Shown: in pieces, positions 11,324 to 22,663 of the stretch | Layout of the letters: every line of letters begins with the position of its first letter | Numbering within the stretch: the stretch's first letter is position 1 | Assembly: GCA_964019335.1 (NCBI GenBank) | Contig: OZ025681.1 | Coordinates: forward strand, 248,001 to 312,000 | Length of the DNA: 64,000 nt | DNA from: Diplonema japonicum | Lineage: Eukaryota > Protista > Euglenozoa: Diplonemea | Reading direction: 5' to 3' | Program-made: the position numbers and the translations under genes | The notes under the pieces: model-generated | What the model saw: only the letters and a program-made list of their open reading frames with translations | Told to the model about the DNA's origin: nothing | Databases searched by the model: none

Positions 11324-12655
11324 CTATCGCGACAGGCTTCTAAGGATGGCAGCTAGCTCATATTCCACCTTGTCCTGCAGTTGCCGCATTTGGTCCTGTT
11401 GTTGTGAGAGCTTTCCGTCGAGGTCTCTGAGGAAACCCTTCAGCTGGATCAATTTATCTTCAAGCACAGGATCCATGGAGGGGAGGACAGACCCTTTCAC
11501 GTCAAACCGAGCCCTCCTGAAGCTTTTGACGGCACCATAGATGGTGTTCCCCTTGTGCCCTTTGGGAGCAATTCTCTTGCTGTACTGTATGTAAACCGCC
11601 TCGATGAGAAGAACAGCTTTCTTGCGGTAAACCTGCAAAGCATCGCGAACGGTGAGATATTCCACCACGTAACGTTGGACCTTGGTCGGAGCAAGCTTGT
11701 TGGTTAGAACACCAGAAAATATGGTGGTGATGATAACACCGCTGATACCAAGGAGGACTGTTAACACCCTGCCAGAGATAGTTTTGGGGACAAAGTCGCC
11801 GAAACCGATTGTGGTGAATGTGATGAAGGAGAACCAAAAAACGTTTTCCAACCGCCCGAACTCGTTTCGCTGTTCGTTACGCTCCACGAGGAAAATCATG
11901 AAGCTGAACACAGCGATGACCAACGCAAAAGACACAGTGAGGACAACACCTGTTCTTGAGTAGAAAAGCATCTTTAGGGTCAGTCCCATTTTAATACGAA
12001 GATTCATGGTTTGAAACTCACGATTCGACGACACAATCTCGATCCTAAGCTTGTACGGCCGGCTGAAGGTGTGCAACATCCTCACAAATAAATACAATCT
12101 CATAAACATAGCGATCTGGCACAGCGTGAAAAACGTCCGCGAGGATTCTTGAAACACAAAAAGAGGGTGGACGACATGGACGAGAACCTCCGCAATTATG
12201 GATGTCCGCAGCCACCCGGATTTCCAAAGGGAGTAAGCTGCCTTAATGTCCCGTCTTTCTTCAAGGCTAGCATCTTCGATGTCGATTTTCGACCATTCCC
12301 GGCGTTTGTTCAGCAACAGCAATCTGTAGTACTGTATTATGAGGCAGATGGTAACGACGGTTGTGAGCGTTACTACGAGTTGCAAGCATAGCATTACGGT
12401 TTTTATTGTGGGGGAGGCAGAGTCCCACGTGGTGTCTGTGCGGAACTCGCCGGTGTACCATGTTACGCTAGCGCTTATGGCCATGGCCACGACACCTCCC
12501 ATTGAGAACATGATGATGTGCATGGTCTTGTTTCTCATTAGCTTGTCGTAAGCTTTATCTTCCCTCTCGTGGCCTGCCTTGCGTCTGAGCATCTTGCCTA
12601 CCCGGCTCAGCACTGCAACCCTCTTCGACAACGCTGGGTCTGAAATATTAGCCAT
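11324..12655 (-). CDS. Potassium channel, SK/calcium-activated-like 6TM subunit (443 aa)
   Basis: Pore helix and filter FWFSFITFTTIGFGDFVPKT, S4-like MRLYLFVRMLH, C-terminal coiled coil. Confidence 0.88.
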   Translation of the reverse strand: MANISDPALSKRVAVLSRVGKMLRRKAGHEREDKAYDKLMRNKTMHIIMFSMGGVVAMAISASVTWYTGEFRTDTTWDSASPTIKTVMLCLQLVVTLTTVVTICLIIQYYRLLLLNKRREWSKIDIEDASLEERRDIKAAYSLWKSGWLRTSIIAEVLVHVVHPLFVFQESSRTFFTLCQIAMFMRLYLFVRMLHTFSRPYKLRIEIVSSNREFQTMNLRIKMGLTLKMLFYSRTGVVLTVSFALVIAVFSFMIFLVERNEQRNEFGRLENVFWFSFITFTTIGFGDFVPKTISGRVLTVLLGISGVIITTIFSGVLTNKLAPTKVQRYVVEYLTVRDALQVYRKKAVLLIEAVYIQYSKRIAPKGHKGNTIYGAVKSFRRARFDVKGSVLPSMDPVLEDKLIQLKGFLRDLDGKLSQQQDQMRQLQDKVEYELAAILRSLSR

Positions 12656-12853
12656 TTCTTTTTTTATTTTTTTTTTTTTTATTTCTTGTTACAACCCACT
12701 GGGCGAACAATATTCTTTTTTTTTTTTTCTTTTTTGTTTAGCTTGGTCATTGTGAGCCGCCGTTTTTTTCATCCACTATCCCCTACTACGCGGTTTCTCC
12801 TTCTTGCTGGTGGTCTTGTAAATTAAAAAAAGGAAAAAAAAGAAGAAGAAGAG

Positions 12854-12891
<38 letters not shown>

Positions 12892-13241
12892 GATCTAAGT
12901 GCTGAATAAAAAGAGTCTCAGATAAAACAAGAAAGACAGGTTCGGAAAAGAAATGGGGGGGGAATGAATCTCCGGGCAAACAGAAAAAAAAGAATTTTTG
13001 ATAAAATTTCGGCGTGCCTCCGTTCACTTAGAAATTCACACTTATCGGCCACCGTTCTGCTGTCTGGTGCCTGCGCCTGTTTGTCGTCGGACCCCGACCC
13101 CCCAAGATGTCGTTAACAAAAGAAAAAAAAAAATTACGTTGGCAAAAAAAAACGAAACAAAGAGACCTCGTAATACGGTTCTTTTTCAAATTTATATAAA
13201 AATCAAAACATCAAAAAAAAAAAAAAAAATCGATCACCTCT

Positions 13242-14396
13242 TTATGGGTTGATAGGTGTGGCCATAGTCCACGTCATGCCCCCATGACTTGTCGTGCCCT
13301 CCACACCATTGGTCAGAAAGATCGGCTTCCCCGTCCCATCAACGATCCACTGAGGCCTCTCACGCCTTCTGAGAGTTTCCGTGGTACCGTCAGTATAAGT
13401 GATATCGCACCAAGGGACCTGGGGGGTAGACTTCCAGTTGTACCCATCCTTGGACCACAGGTAGAGGTAGTTGCACCCGCAGTGCATAAGGATGCGGAAG
13501 GTCTTCTGTGCCTCAGAGTAGTACATCCCAGAGTCCTCGCATTCACTGGGGACCTGAAAGGGAACAGAAGGGGAAGCACGGATGTAAGGCCCAGACCAGT
13601 GCTCAGCAAAGGCCACTCCAGTCAACATAGCATTATAGTTCTCCTTGCTACGCGCCTTGTACACCATCAGGACAGAGGAGTTCGGGAATACGTGAACAGT
13701 AGGGTTGGTGACGAACTGATCATCCCACGCACCAGCGGGACCGGGGGACAAGATAGGCGTCTTAGACCTTTCCCATGGTCCATTAGGGGAGTTGGACGTT
13801 GCAAGACCTATCTGTTGGTTGCAGACAGGCTGCGAAGCAGGGTTTGAAGAGCACGTGTTGCTGCCAAGATCCTTCTCGTCGATTGTGCAGTTTTGTGACA
13901 CAGCACCTGTAGCAGTGCTTCCCATGTAGTAGAGAAGGTATGTTCCATTTGGAGCACGTGCAATGATTGGGTTGTGTTCAGTGAGCCCGTCCCATGTCGC
14001 TGTTGAAGGATGCAGCTGGCCAAGGGAGACATCATGGGGGGTGTAAGGTCCATGGACGGTGTCAGAGACAGAGTGCAGAACTTGGCTGTTTGTAAGCCAT
14101 GATTGAAGTGTGCAGTTGTTGTTCATCATGGCCCCGTACATGTGGTACTTCCCGTCGTCGCCCTTTGCCACCCCGCCGCCCCACGTTGATGTTGTGTTGA
14201 ACTGGTACGACAGGCACAGCCCGCCTTCGCCGCATTTGTAGGACGCTCCGAAGTTCACCTGCTCGCATGCTGCACCCTTGAATCCGAAATCGCATTTGCA
14301 TGTTCCTTGCACGCACAGCCCCCCACCGTTGCAATCGTCATTGGTGTTGCATCCCATGCACCACACTGCAAGGCATGCTAGAAGCAGGCACCGCAT
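13242..14396 (-). CDS. Secreted EGF-like + GH43-like (five-bladed beta-propeller) glycoside hydrolase, paralog A (384 aa)
   Basis: Signal peptide MRCLLL, EGF-like Cys pattern, WGGG..DDGKYHMY, HNP, TNP, CED, RERP motifs. Confidence 0.8.
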   Translation of the reverse strand: MRCLLLACLAVWCMGCNTNDDCNGGGLCVQGTCKCDFGFKGAACEQVNFGASYKCGEGGLCLSYQFNTTSTWGGGVAKGDDGKYHMYGAMMNNNCTLQSWLTNSQVLHSVSDTVHGPYTPHDVSLGQLHPSTATWDGLTEHNPIIARAPNGTYLLYYMGSTATGAVSQNCTIDEKDLGSNTCSSNPASQPVCNQQIGLATSNSPNGPWERSKTPILSPGPAGAWDDQFVTNPTVHVFPNSSVLMVYKARSKENYNAMLTGVAFAEHWSGPYIRASPSVPFQVPSECEDSGMYYSEAQKTFRILMHCGCNYLYLWSKDGYNWKSTPQVPWCDITYTDGTTETLRRRERPQWIVDGTGKPIFLTNGVEGTTSHGGMTWTMATPINP

Positions 14397-14576
14397 TTTA
14401 TTTGTTGGGGTTTTTAGTGACAGGTCGCTGTGGGGGTGAAGAGCGCAGCATAGCTTCACACTAAAGGGGAATGGATTAGAAGGGGCCTAAAGAGCAAGGA
14501 GTAAGGGGTAAGAAGGAAAGGGGGAAGGAATAAAGGAGGGGGAAAGATGTGCTTCCCCCCTCTAAGAAGGAAAAAT

Positions 14577-16045
14577 GAGTCGATTGATGGTTAGTTGTGC
14601 ACAGCTGGGGCTAACCTGTAGAAGGATAAGCCCAACAATGCTACCACTACTCTTTTTTTAACAATAACAATTCATTTTCAATATGTTGTTTTTCTTGTTC
14701 AAACAAAAAAAAAAAAGAGATACACTTTAAAAAAAAATATATATATGAGTTAAAGGAAGTCTTTGTGAGACGCCCCCTTGTTCTCATCCTCTACCTGCAT
14801 CCACCCCCCTTCAGCAGCGGCTTCTCCTTCTTCGGTGGTCGTGCCGGCCTCCTCCCCAGCTTGGCTACTTTTTCCCTTCTTTCCTTTGCCCATTGCTTCC
14901 CCAGCTCCTCCAGGTCGTACTTGGTCTTCGTTGATGCAAAGCTTGCTCTTCTACTCCACCCGATCACCGCCTTCGTCCCTCCGATTGATCGCAGCGTATG
15001 TACTCTCTTGCATGGTTCAGCAGGGAAAGCCTTCTTCATCACCGTGTGCAGTCTTCTGGCCTTCTGTCGCACCTCTGCCAACTCCCCTAGCTTCCCTCCA
15101 AGGGACTTCTGGGTCACGTTTTCGAAATCCAGCGCCAGCTCCACCGTCGACACTGCCGTGCTTCTGTTCCCTCCATACCAGCGCAGCTGCTTGAGCCATT
15201 TCAGCACCGGCTTCGTGTACTCCTTCAGGGTGTTGCCGGTCTGCAGCCTCGCGAACTCCTCCTCTGTTGGTGCTGGGTGTGCCTCCCCCTCCGTGATCTC
15301 CAGCCATTGGTGTGTCCGGTAGATCTGCTGCCTCTTTGCCTGCAAGGCTGCGTCGCGTTCCCCCACCACAGCCAGCAGGTAACGCTGGGTCTTCTCGAGC
15401 CTGTCCTTGTCCTCCTTGGCCGCTTCCCTAGGGAGGATGCCATGGAGCCTCATGCACGGTTCTAGGCCTGTTCGTGTCGTGCCTGCATGTGCCTCCCGTT
15501 GCCCTACTTCGACAGCCAGTTCGCACTCCCACAGTGCATGCTCCAGGATGTTGGATACCTGTTGAATCTGACCGCATATGTCGCAGCGTGCCGTTGCGGG
15601 TTCGTCCTGCTGCCTCTGCTCCGCCAGCAGCATGCGCTCCAGCTCCGCGACTTCCCCTTCTCCTCCCGCCTCTCTTTCTTCTTCGTCTTCTGAGTCGTCT
15701 CGGGAATCTTCTTCGTCCACCTCCTCCTCCGTCGGTGGGATGTGTGCCACTGCGTCCGTCCGCCATCCCCGTGGGTGGACGTAGAAAACCGCGCCTGTGA
15801 TCACCCTGCGTAGGTCCCTTGCTGCTATGGGGTCCGACGACGCCAGCTTCCCCATAGCTCGTTTGTCTCGACAGCGGCTGCCGTCGCCATTCCTTTCATG
15901 GTGCTCCGTTTTCCCATGATGGCCTCCGCTTCACCACGCCTGAGCTTGTCTCTGATGTAGTGTCGGAACGCTCCTTCTCCATGGCCATGGTGTCCTTCAG
16001 CTGGTCCCAGGCCACCACTTGGAGGTTCCCCAGCCATGATTGATT
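14577..16045 (-). mobile_element. 5'-truncated LINE (family 2): C-terminal ORF2 with CxxC..H..C finger plus ~215-nt 3' tail
   Basis: ORFs 15825..16082 and 14791..15855 joined by a frameshift at ~15860. CDIC..HALWEC. C-terminal domain shared with the fragments at 38.6 kb and 63.5 kb. The tail recurs elsewhere in the window. Confidence 0.78.
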
Positions 16046-16428
16046 GTGATTTTGTTAATTCCAACCCAATATCCAGCCCCAAAAAAGAAAAGAATAGTTC
16101 TTTTTTTTTTTATGACTAGATGTCTTTGTTGCACAAGGTATGCGTTTTTGCGCTCACCGTCCAAAAAGAAAAGAAAAAAAAAAAGAAGCTTTACTTTTAA
16201 CAGAATCATCCAAATATCATTAGGCTTGCTAAGAACTATGGGGAAGGGGGCCCTTGCTTTTCGTTGTGATATGAGCAGGGCTAAGTGCTATGCATTTCTA
16301 GGTGCAATTTCCTTTTCGGCTCAAAAGGAAACGTTCGAGAAAAAAAAACGGAAAAAAAAACAGATCTTTACGTTGGTACTACTAGAGTAAATAGGGGGGT
16401 TTACTTTAAAAACCTTTTTTTCGCACAA

Positions 16429-17466
16429 CTATGACTTCTTTTCAGCTTGTTTAAGGGCTTCCCTCAGTTTCATCATTTGCCTTGATATAGTGTTTTCCAT
16501 GTCCTCTATCTTGCCTTTTGTTTTTTTTTCCTCCTGGCTGTGATTCTGCAGCAAGTCCGTCCTTTCGGTTTTAAGTTTCTTACAGTCCTGCTCCAGGCCC
16601 TCCCTGTCCTTTCTTTCTGTTTCAAGGACGCTTTTTAATTTCTCAAGCTCAGCTTGACATGTGGTCATTTTATCAGTGCACAATTTGTACCTTTGTTGGT
16701 CGTCATCTTGCTGAGATTGTGCTACAACTGCCGCAAGTTGCAGCTGCTTGATGATAGAATCTTTCCCTTCCACTACATTTGTGTGGGATGCCATCATCTG
16801 CTTGAGCCCCTCCAGCTCATCCCCACGTGATGTGAACTTCTCAATGCCCTCTTTCACATCGATTTGCAACTGGTTGATATTTGCTTTGAGCGACTCGTTC
16901 TCTTCCTCCGCACTCGTGAGCTTGTTCTGTAGTTCCGTGTGTTCATCTGCCATCATCTGCTTGAGCCCCTCCAGCTCATCCCCACGTGATGTGAACTTCT
17001 CAATGCCCTCCTTTACATCGATTTGCAACTGGTTGATATTTGCTTTGAGCGACTCGTTCTCTTCCTCCGCACTCGTGAGCTTGTTCTGTAGTTCCGTGTG
17101 TTCATCTGCCATCTTCTGCTTGAGCTCCTTCTCTTTGAGTTCCTCCTCGATTTGCAACTGGTTGATATTTGCTTTGAGCGACTCGTTCTCTTCTTCTGCA
17201 TTCGCGAGCTTGGCGGTCATCTCCTGGACCGTTACATTCAGTGTTTCTAACTGCTTTTGCATCTCGCCATTCCTTTCTGTCAGTGCGGCGTTGTTCTTGT
17301 TCTGTTTCTCGTTCAGTTCCATCAGTGCTTCGTTCTCGGTTTGCAGCTCTTTCGCGTTTTCCTGAACAGCAGGACCTCCCATGCTCTCGCAAAGTCCTTT
17401 GACCAACTCAGCCACCTCAGCCTTGGCCTCTGCGCTCCACTCCCCAGGATCGCAATGTGTGTGCAT
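16429..17466 (-). CDS. Coiled-coil protein with 159-nt (53-aa) internal tandem repeat (345 aa)
   Basis: E/K/L-rich heptads; repeat starts at 16791 and 16950. Confidence 0.75.
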   Translation of the reverse strand: MHTHCDPGEWSAEAKAEVAELVKGLCESMGGPAVQENAKELQTENEALMELNEKQNKNNAALTERNGEMQKQLETLNVTVQEMTAKLANAEEENESLKANINQLQIEEELKEKELKQKMADEHTELQNKLTSAEEENESLKANINQLQIDVKEGIEKFTSRGDELEGLKQMMADEHTELQNKLTSAEEENESLKANINQLQIDVKEGIEKFTSRGDELEGLKQMMASHTNVVEGKDSIIKQLQLAAVVAQSQQDDDQQRYKLCTDKMTTCQAELEKLKSVLETERKDREGLEQDCKKLKTERTDLLQNHSQEEKKTKGKIEDMENTISRQMMKLREALKQAEKKS

Positions 17467-18095
17467 CTTTTTTTTTCTTTTCCCCCTCCCTTCCTGTTGC
17501 CTGATTCTTTCTTCGGGCTGGAATCAAAAGAGTTGCTTGTGCACACGGTATAGATCCTGGAATAAAACACTGCATGCAACCACTACTTCTTCTTTTTGCA
17601 CCTTCAAAGAAAGTATTTGTTAAAGCGTTATGGACAAAAAGAGAATCGCATTCACAAATCCGTTGTTGGGACGGCCGCGAAAGAACCGTCGGACGGGTTA
17701 CGGTGGCTTATGCTGGTGTAGCAAGAAAAGAAAGACAAGTGGTTAAAGCCACAGACCTTGGGGTTTTGCCCCTAAAACGATACGTTCTCCGGTGTCATTC
17801 CACAGGAGGCAGGGAGGGAGGGTGGTCTCACTTTATTCATAAAAGAAAAAAAGGAGCCGTTGGTGACACCCCGTAGAGAAAGCTTTTCTTTCTTCATAAA
17901 AAGAGAAAAAATGCATAATATTATAAAATGGAATATTACAGAATTTAAAAATGAGTTAAAGTTCTCATCTTCTACCTGCGATTTATAATATTAAAAAATA
18001 CATAGAGAGGTTAGCCCCACCAAAAGTTGAACAATAAAACGAAATCTTGGAGCTCCCACAAAATTCTTAAACGCTGCCAGTTTACTCGAACCTCT

Positions 18096-18854
18096 TCATG
18101 CGCGCCTGTTTGATGGCCTCTTCTTCGGGACTGACTTGGTGTTGTTGTTCTTTTCGCCTTTGCCTTTTCCTTTTCCGCCCTTACCACCTTTTTCGCTCTG
18201 GTGCGCTTTTTTTGTAGCAGGTGCTACGTCCTCTTCCTCATCCATCTTCTTCCTTCTCGCCTTCTTCTCCGTCCCGAATCTTTCCTCTCTTTCGTCATCA
18301 CGCTGGTGCATCACCTCACGGATCTGTGCCTTGAGAATGGCAATGCCCCGCAAGTTCTCCTCCAGCTGCTTTCTAAGGTCCCTTTCCACTGCTTGAAGCT
18401 CACCAAATTTCATCTTGTACTCACTCCCTTCGTTCATGAATTCATCACGCTGCTGCTGCAACTCACCGTTCGCAGCCAGCAAGTCAGTGTACTGTGCCTT
18501 GAGAGTGGCATACTCGGCAAGCAGCTGCTGCACATCAGTGTGCCCGTGACACATATCTGGATACGAAGCGCTCATTTGTGCTGCGATACAAAAAAGAAAA
18601 AAAAAGGAAATGCCTTTTGTAACCGACGGCCTAAAGAAAGACTGGGGGGGTGCTGCGGACATTTCAATGACCTCCTTTTGCATCTCGCCATTCCTTTCTG
18701 ACAGTTCCATCAGTGCTTCGTTCTCGGTTTGCAGCTCTTTCGCGTTTTCCTGAACAGCAGGACCTCCCATGCTCTCGCAAAGTACTTTGACCAACCCAGC
18801 CACCTCAGCCTTGGCCTCTGCGCTCCACTCCCCAGGATCGCAATGTGTGTGCAT
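18096..18854 (-). CDS. Coiled-coil protein with basic tail; first ~55 aa duplicated from the 16429 gene, with an internal acceptor/ATG at 18575
   Basis: MHTHCDPGEWSAEAK start nearly identical to the neighbouring gene. Internal (t)n..tatcgcAG|cacaaATG (MSASYP). Confidence 0.65.
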   Translation of the reverse strand: MHTHCDPGEWSAEAKAEVAGLVKVLCESMGGPAVQENAKELQTENEALMELSERNGEMQKEVIEMSAAPPQSFFRPSVTKGISFFFLFCIAAQMSASYPDMCHGHTDVQQLLAEYATLKAQYTDLLAANGELQQQRDEFMNEGSEYKMKFGELQAVERDLRKQLEENLRGIAILKAQIREVMHQRDDEREERFGTEKKARRKKMDEEEDVAPATKKAHQSEKGGKGGKGKGKGEKNNNTKSVPKKRPSNRRA

Positions 18855-20779
18855 CTTTTCTTTCCCTTAATTTTGCCTGATTCTTTCTTCGGGCTGGAAT
18901 CAAAAGAGTTGGTTTTCATTTCTTGTACGGTATAGATCCTGGGTTAAAACACTGCATGCTACCACTACCTCTTCTTTTTGCTCCTTCAAAGAAACTAAGC
19001 AGTACTTGTTAAAGCGTTCTGGACAAAAGAGAATCGCATTCACCAGGGTACCGGTTACGGCGACTAATTACATCGATAGAAAAACGAATGTGCCCACTTA
19101 GATTTCCCAGATTTTTAATCTAAGTGCATTCCTTGCGTCGCATTTCAAAAAGGACGGAATAAAATTTTGGCTTGGGTTTACAGGGGGCCCCCGGGTTACC
19201 TTATATGTATTGCGAGATCAGCGTTATTTCTATGCGGGCTAGGGAAAAAAAAGTTTCATCTTGAGCAAAGTTTTTTTTTCGGGGGGAAGTACCCAGATTT
19301 AAAATCTGCGTCGGTATTGTCTTGCACTTCACGCGGCACGCGTGTACACCACCTTTCCGTAACCATGTACCGTACTCTGCTTGCCGCGCTGCTACCGACC
19401 TGTGCCTTTCTGTACCTTTCCCACTTTGCCGCTCCACTTTACAACTTGCTGTGCTTTACTGTGCCTGCCGTACTTTTTTTATCCCCTTTAAAGATACTCC
19501 CCTTAATGGCCCCCCTTGAAAAGAATGAAGTTTAGAATGCAGCCAAAACCACTTTTTAACCCCCGCAAGACACAGCAGCACCTTTGTTTTTCCCCTTATT
19601 CCCTGCAGGCCTGGGTATATATCCCCTTTTGCCGCGGAAAGCCTGTCCCAGACTGTGCTGCGAAGATCCCAGCATATTTTTCCCCTGCACGGTTCGCCAG
19701 GCCGAAGGGGCCAGCCGTGGGCCCGCAGAGACCAATATTTGGTTTCTGTTTAACTCCGGCTTTGCGGAAAGTGCAAAAATATTTTAAAAAAGAATAAAAG
19801 AAAGACGAAGAAGCGCAAATAAAGAAAGACTTGGGGGAGGGGGGGGGGGGGGGTGAAGTTTCGTTTTTGCCATTTTATTCATTCGTGTGAAGCTCAAACG
19901 ACTTTCTTGTTCTCCGGTGTCATTCCACGGGAGGAAGGGAGGGAGGGTGGTCTCACTTTTTTGTAACATAAAAAGAGAAGAAAAAAAAAGAGAGCAACAT
20001 ATTTTCGAATCATCACCTCACGCAAGCAAATACCGCCTTTTTTCTTATCGAAACCTGTTGGTGACATATTGTAGAGAAGCTTTCTTTCTTTAGAAGAAAA
20101 GAAAGAAGAAATGCTTTCTTAGGGCCCGGAGTATAGTTCAGAATTAAGGCGTACGGCTTACTTTTTATTTTCTTTTTTTAAAGACCTTTAAATCATTTTT
20201 TCGTCGCCCAGAGGACAGATTTCTTAACGCTTTTCTTTTAGCATAGAGTACGTGAGTTTGGTAGGGTAAGAAAGGAAGGGAGTAGTAACCACCCCCCTTT
20301 TTTTTTTTGGTTCTCGCTTTTGAAAGATAAGAAGGAAAAAAGGGATAAAATCTCGTTTTCACGCACTGTTCCCTTTTTGTTGAGTAGTTTCACAGCGCAA
20401 GATGAGAATGTTTGATAAAAATGATCTCTCTCTTCGTCATTTTCTTCACTCACTAGGGAACTCATTATTTAATGCGAAATGACCACTACTTAACTAGTTA
20501 AATAATGAGATTTTGGAGTCAAATAATGGCGCTTCAGAGTGAAAAAAATGCACCCAGCCCCTTGAAAAATCTTTTTGGGGGTGGGGGTATTTTGACTATT
20601 TTTAGCCATCTGAGGCCATTCCGGCCCTTAAAAGTGGCAATAAGTGCTTTACTTCCCCTTAAAATGCCACGGCGAAATAGCTACCCCGTATTACCTTGGG
20701 GAAATCCCCTAAAAAGCTGACCTGTGTGAAAAAAACAGCAGTGAAAGCAGTGAAGACTCGAATGACGAAGAGTGAAAAT

Positions 20780-20950
20780 AAAAACGACTTATTTGCCGCC
20801 AAATGAGCCATTATTTAACACTCGATACTGTTTTTTTTTTCTTTTTTTTTTTTTTTTTTTTTTTTTTGCACGAGGGCCCGCAAGGTGCAAAAAATTCGGG
20901 AACTCGAGTTAAATAATGGCTCATTATTTGTTGGCAATAAATAGCTATTT
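20780..20950. mobile_element. MITE/foldback-like element (related copies ~7452-7590, 10078-10215, remnant 20455-20530)
   Basis: ~35-bp imperfect inverted repeats (gagccattatttaa..ctcga / tcgagttaaataatggctc); shared cattatttgttggca.taaata. Confidence 0.6.
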
Positions 20951-21097
20951 CTGTCAAGCGTTCAGTCTATCAACCAGACAGAATTGGAAAAAAAAAAGAA
21001 AAGAAGAAGAAGAAGTCTTGCCGCTCTTTTTTTTGTCGAGGGAAGACGGTAAGACCTTTCAAAGGAGAACTTTTTATTATTATTTCTTTTTAGATTT

Positions 21098-22246
21098 TTA
21101 CAGAATCTCTGTAAGCATAGTCCAGGTCCGCCCGCCATGGCTGGGACCCTGCACACCATTGGTCAGAAAGATCGGCTTCCCCGTCCCATCAACGATCCAC
21201 TGAGGCCTCTCACGCCTTCCGAGAGTTTCCGTGGTACCGTCAGTATAAGTGATATCGCACCAAGGGACCTGGGGGGTAGACTTCCAGTTGTACCCATCCT
21301 TGGACCACAGGTAGAGGTAGTTGCACCCGCAGTGCATAAGGATGCGGAAGGTCTTCTGTGCCTCAGAGTAGTACATCCCAGAGTCCTCACAGTTGTTGGC
21401 AACATTGAACGGGATAGAGGGAACCGCGCGTTCATAAGGCCCGGACCAGTGCTCAGCAAAGGCCACACCTGTAAGAACAGCTGAAAAGTTCTGCTTCCCT
21501 CTTGCCTTGTACACCATCAGGGCTGAGGAGTTCGGGAAGACGTACACAGTGGGGTTCGTTACATACAAGTCATCCCACTCACCAGCGGGACCAGGACCCA
21601 AGGCAGGTTTAGAAGAACGTTTCCAAGGCCCGTAAGGGGAGTTGGACGTTGCAAGGCCTACCCTCTGCATGCAGAGAGACTGCGACTCCGGATCATTCGT
21701 GCACTGGTTGGCAAGCTCCTCATCATCAGGCTTTGTACAGTTGGGTGACGATGCTCCCGTAGCAGTGCTTCCCATGTAGTAGATGAGGTATGTTCCGTTT
21801 GGAGCACGAATGACTGTTGGGTTGTGTTCAGTGAGTCCGTCCCAGTTAGAAGTTGGGGGATGCAGCTGGCCAAGGGAGACATCATGGGGGGTGTAAGGTC
21901 CATGGACGGTGTCAGAGACAGAGTGCAGAACTTGGCTGTTTGACAGCCATGTTCCAAGTGTGCAGTTGTTGTTCATCATGGCCCCGTACATGTGGTACTT
22001 CCCGTCGTCGCCCTTTGCCACCCCGCCGCCCCACGTTGATGTTGTGTTGAACTGGTACGACAGGCACAGCCCGCCTTCGCCGCATTTGTAGGACGCTCCG
22101 AAGTTCACCTGCTCGCATGCTGCACCCTTGAATCCGGAATCGCATTTGCATGTTCCTTGCACGCACAGCCCCCCACCGTTGCAATCGTCATTGGTGTTGC
22201 ATCCCATGCACCACACTGCAAGGCATGCTAGAAGCAGGCACCGCAT
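21098..22246 (-). CDS. Secreted EGF-like + GH43-like glycoside hydrolase, paralog B (382 aa)
   Basis: Paralog of 13242..14396 (offset 7850) with the same motifs. Confidence 0.8.
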   Translation of the reverse strand: MRCLLLACLAVWCMGCNTNDDCNGGGLCVQGTCKCDSGFKGAACEQVNFGASYKCGEGGLCLSYQFNTTSTWGGGVAKGDDGKYHMYGAMMNNNCTLGTWLSNSQVLHSVSDTVHGPYTPHDVSLGQLHPPTSNWDGLTEHNPTVIRAPNGTYLIYYMGSTATGASSPNCTKPDDEELANQCTNDPESQSLCMQRVGLATSNSPYGPWKRSSKPALGPGPAGEWDDLYVTNPTVYVFPNSSALMVYKARGKQNFSAVLTGVAFAEHWSGPYERAVPSIPFNVANNCEDSGMYYSEAQKTFRILMHCGCNYLYLWSKDGYNWKSTPQVPWCDITYTDGTTETLGRRERPQWIVDGTGKPIFLTNGVQGPSHGGRTWTMLTEIL

Positions 22247-22663
22247 TTTCTTTTGTTGGGGTTTTTCTTTTTTTTTTTCTTTCTTTTTTTTCTTTTCTTT
22301 AATGGGGTGGCGGTGTGAAATATGGGATGACAATAAACCAGGAGAAAAAGAAAAAAGAAAAAAAAACGAAGACTTTTGTTTTTTCTTTGTTGGCTAGAAG
22401 GGACTGGAATAAATTATAAGGAGGGAAAGGAATTCCTTTTTTTTTTTGCCGTTCTTATTACACTGAGACTTTGTTTGAGCGGAATTTTACCTAATAAAAT
22501 AGCTCATTACGCTGCCATCAACTAGTTTTTAGTCTCGACAATAATATTGTTAAAACAAAAAAAGGACTAAGAAGTCGAAGAAAGATTGAAATGTTCAAAA
22601 AGAAAAAGAACACCTACAAAAGAAATGGTAGAAGTTTGTAAAGAGCGCCCCAGAAAGGTAAAT

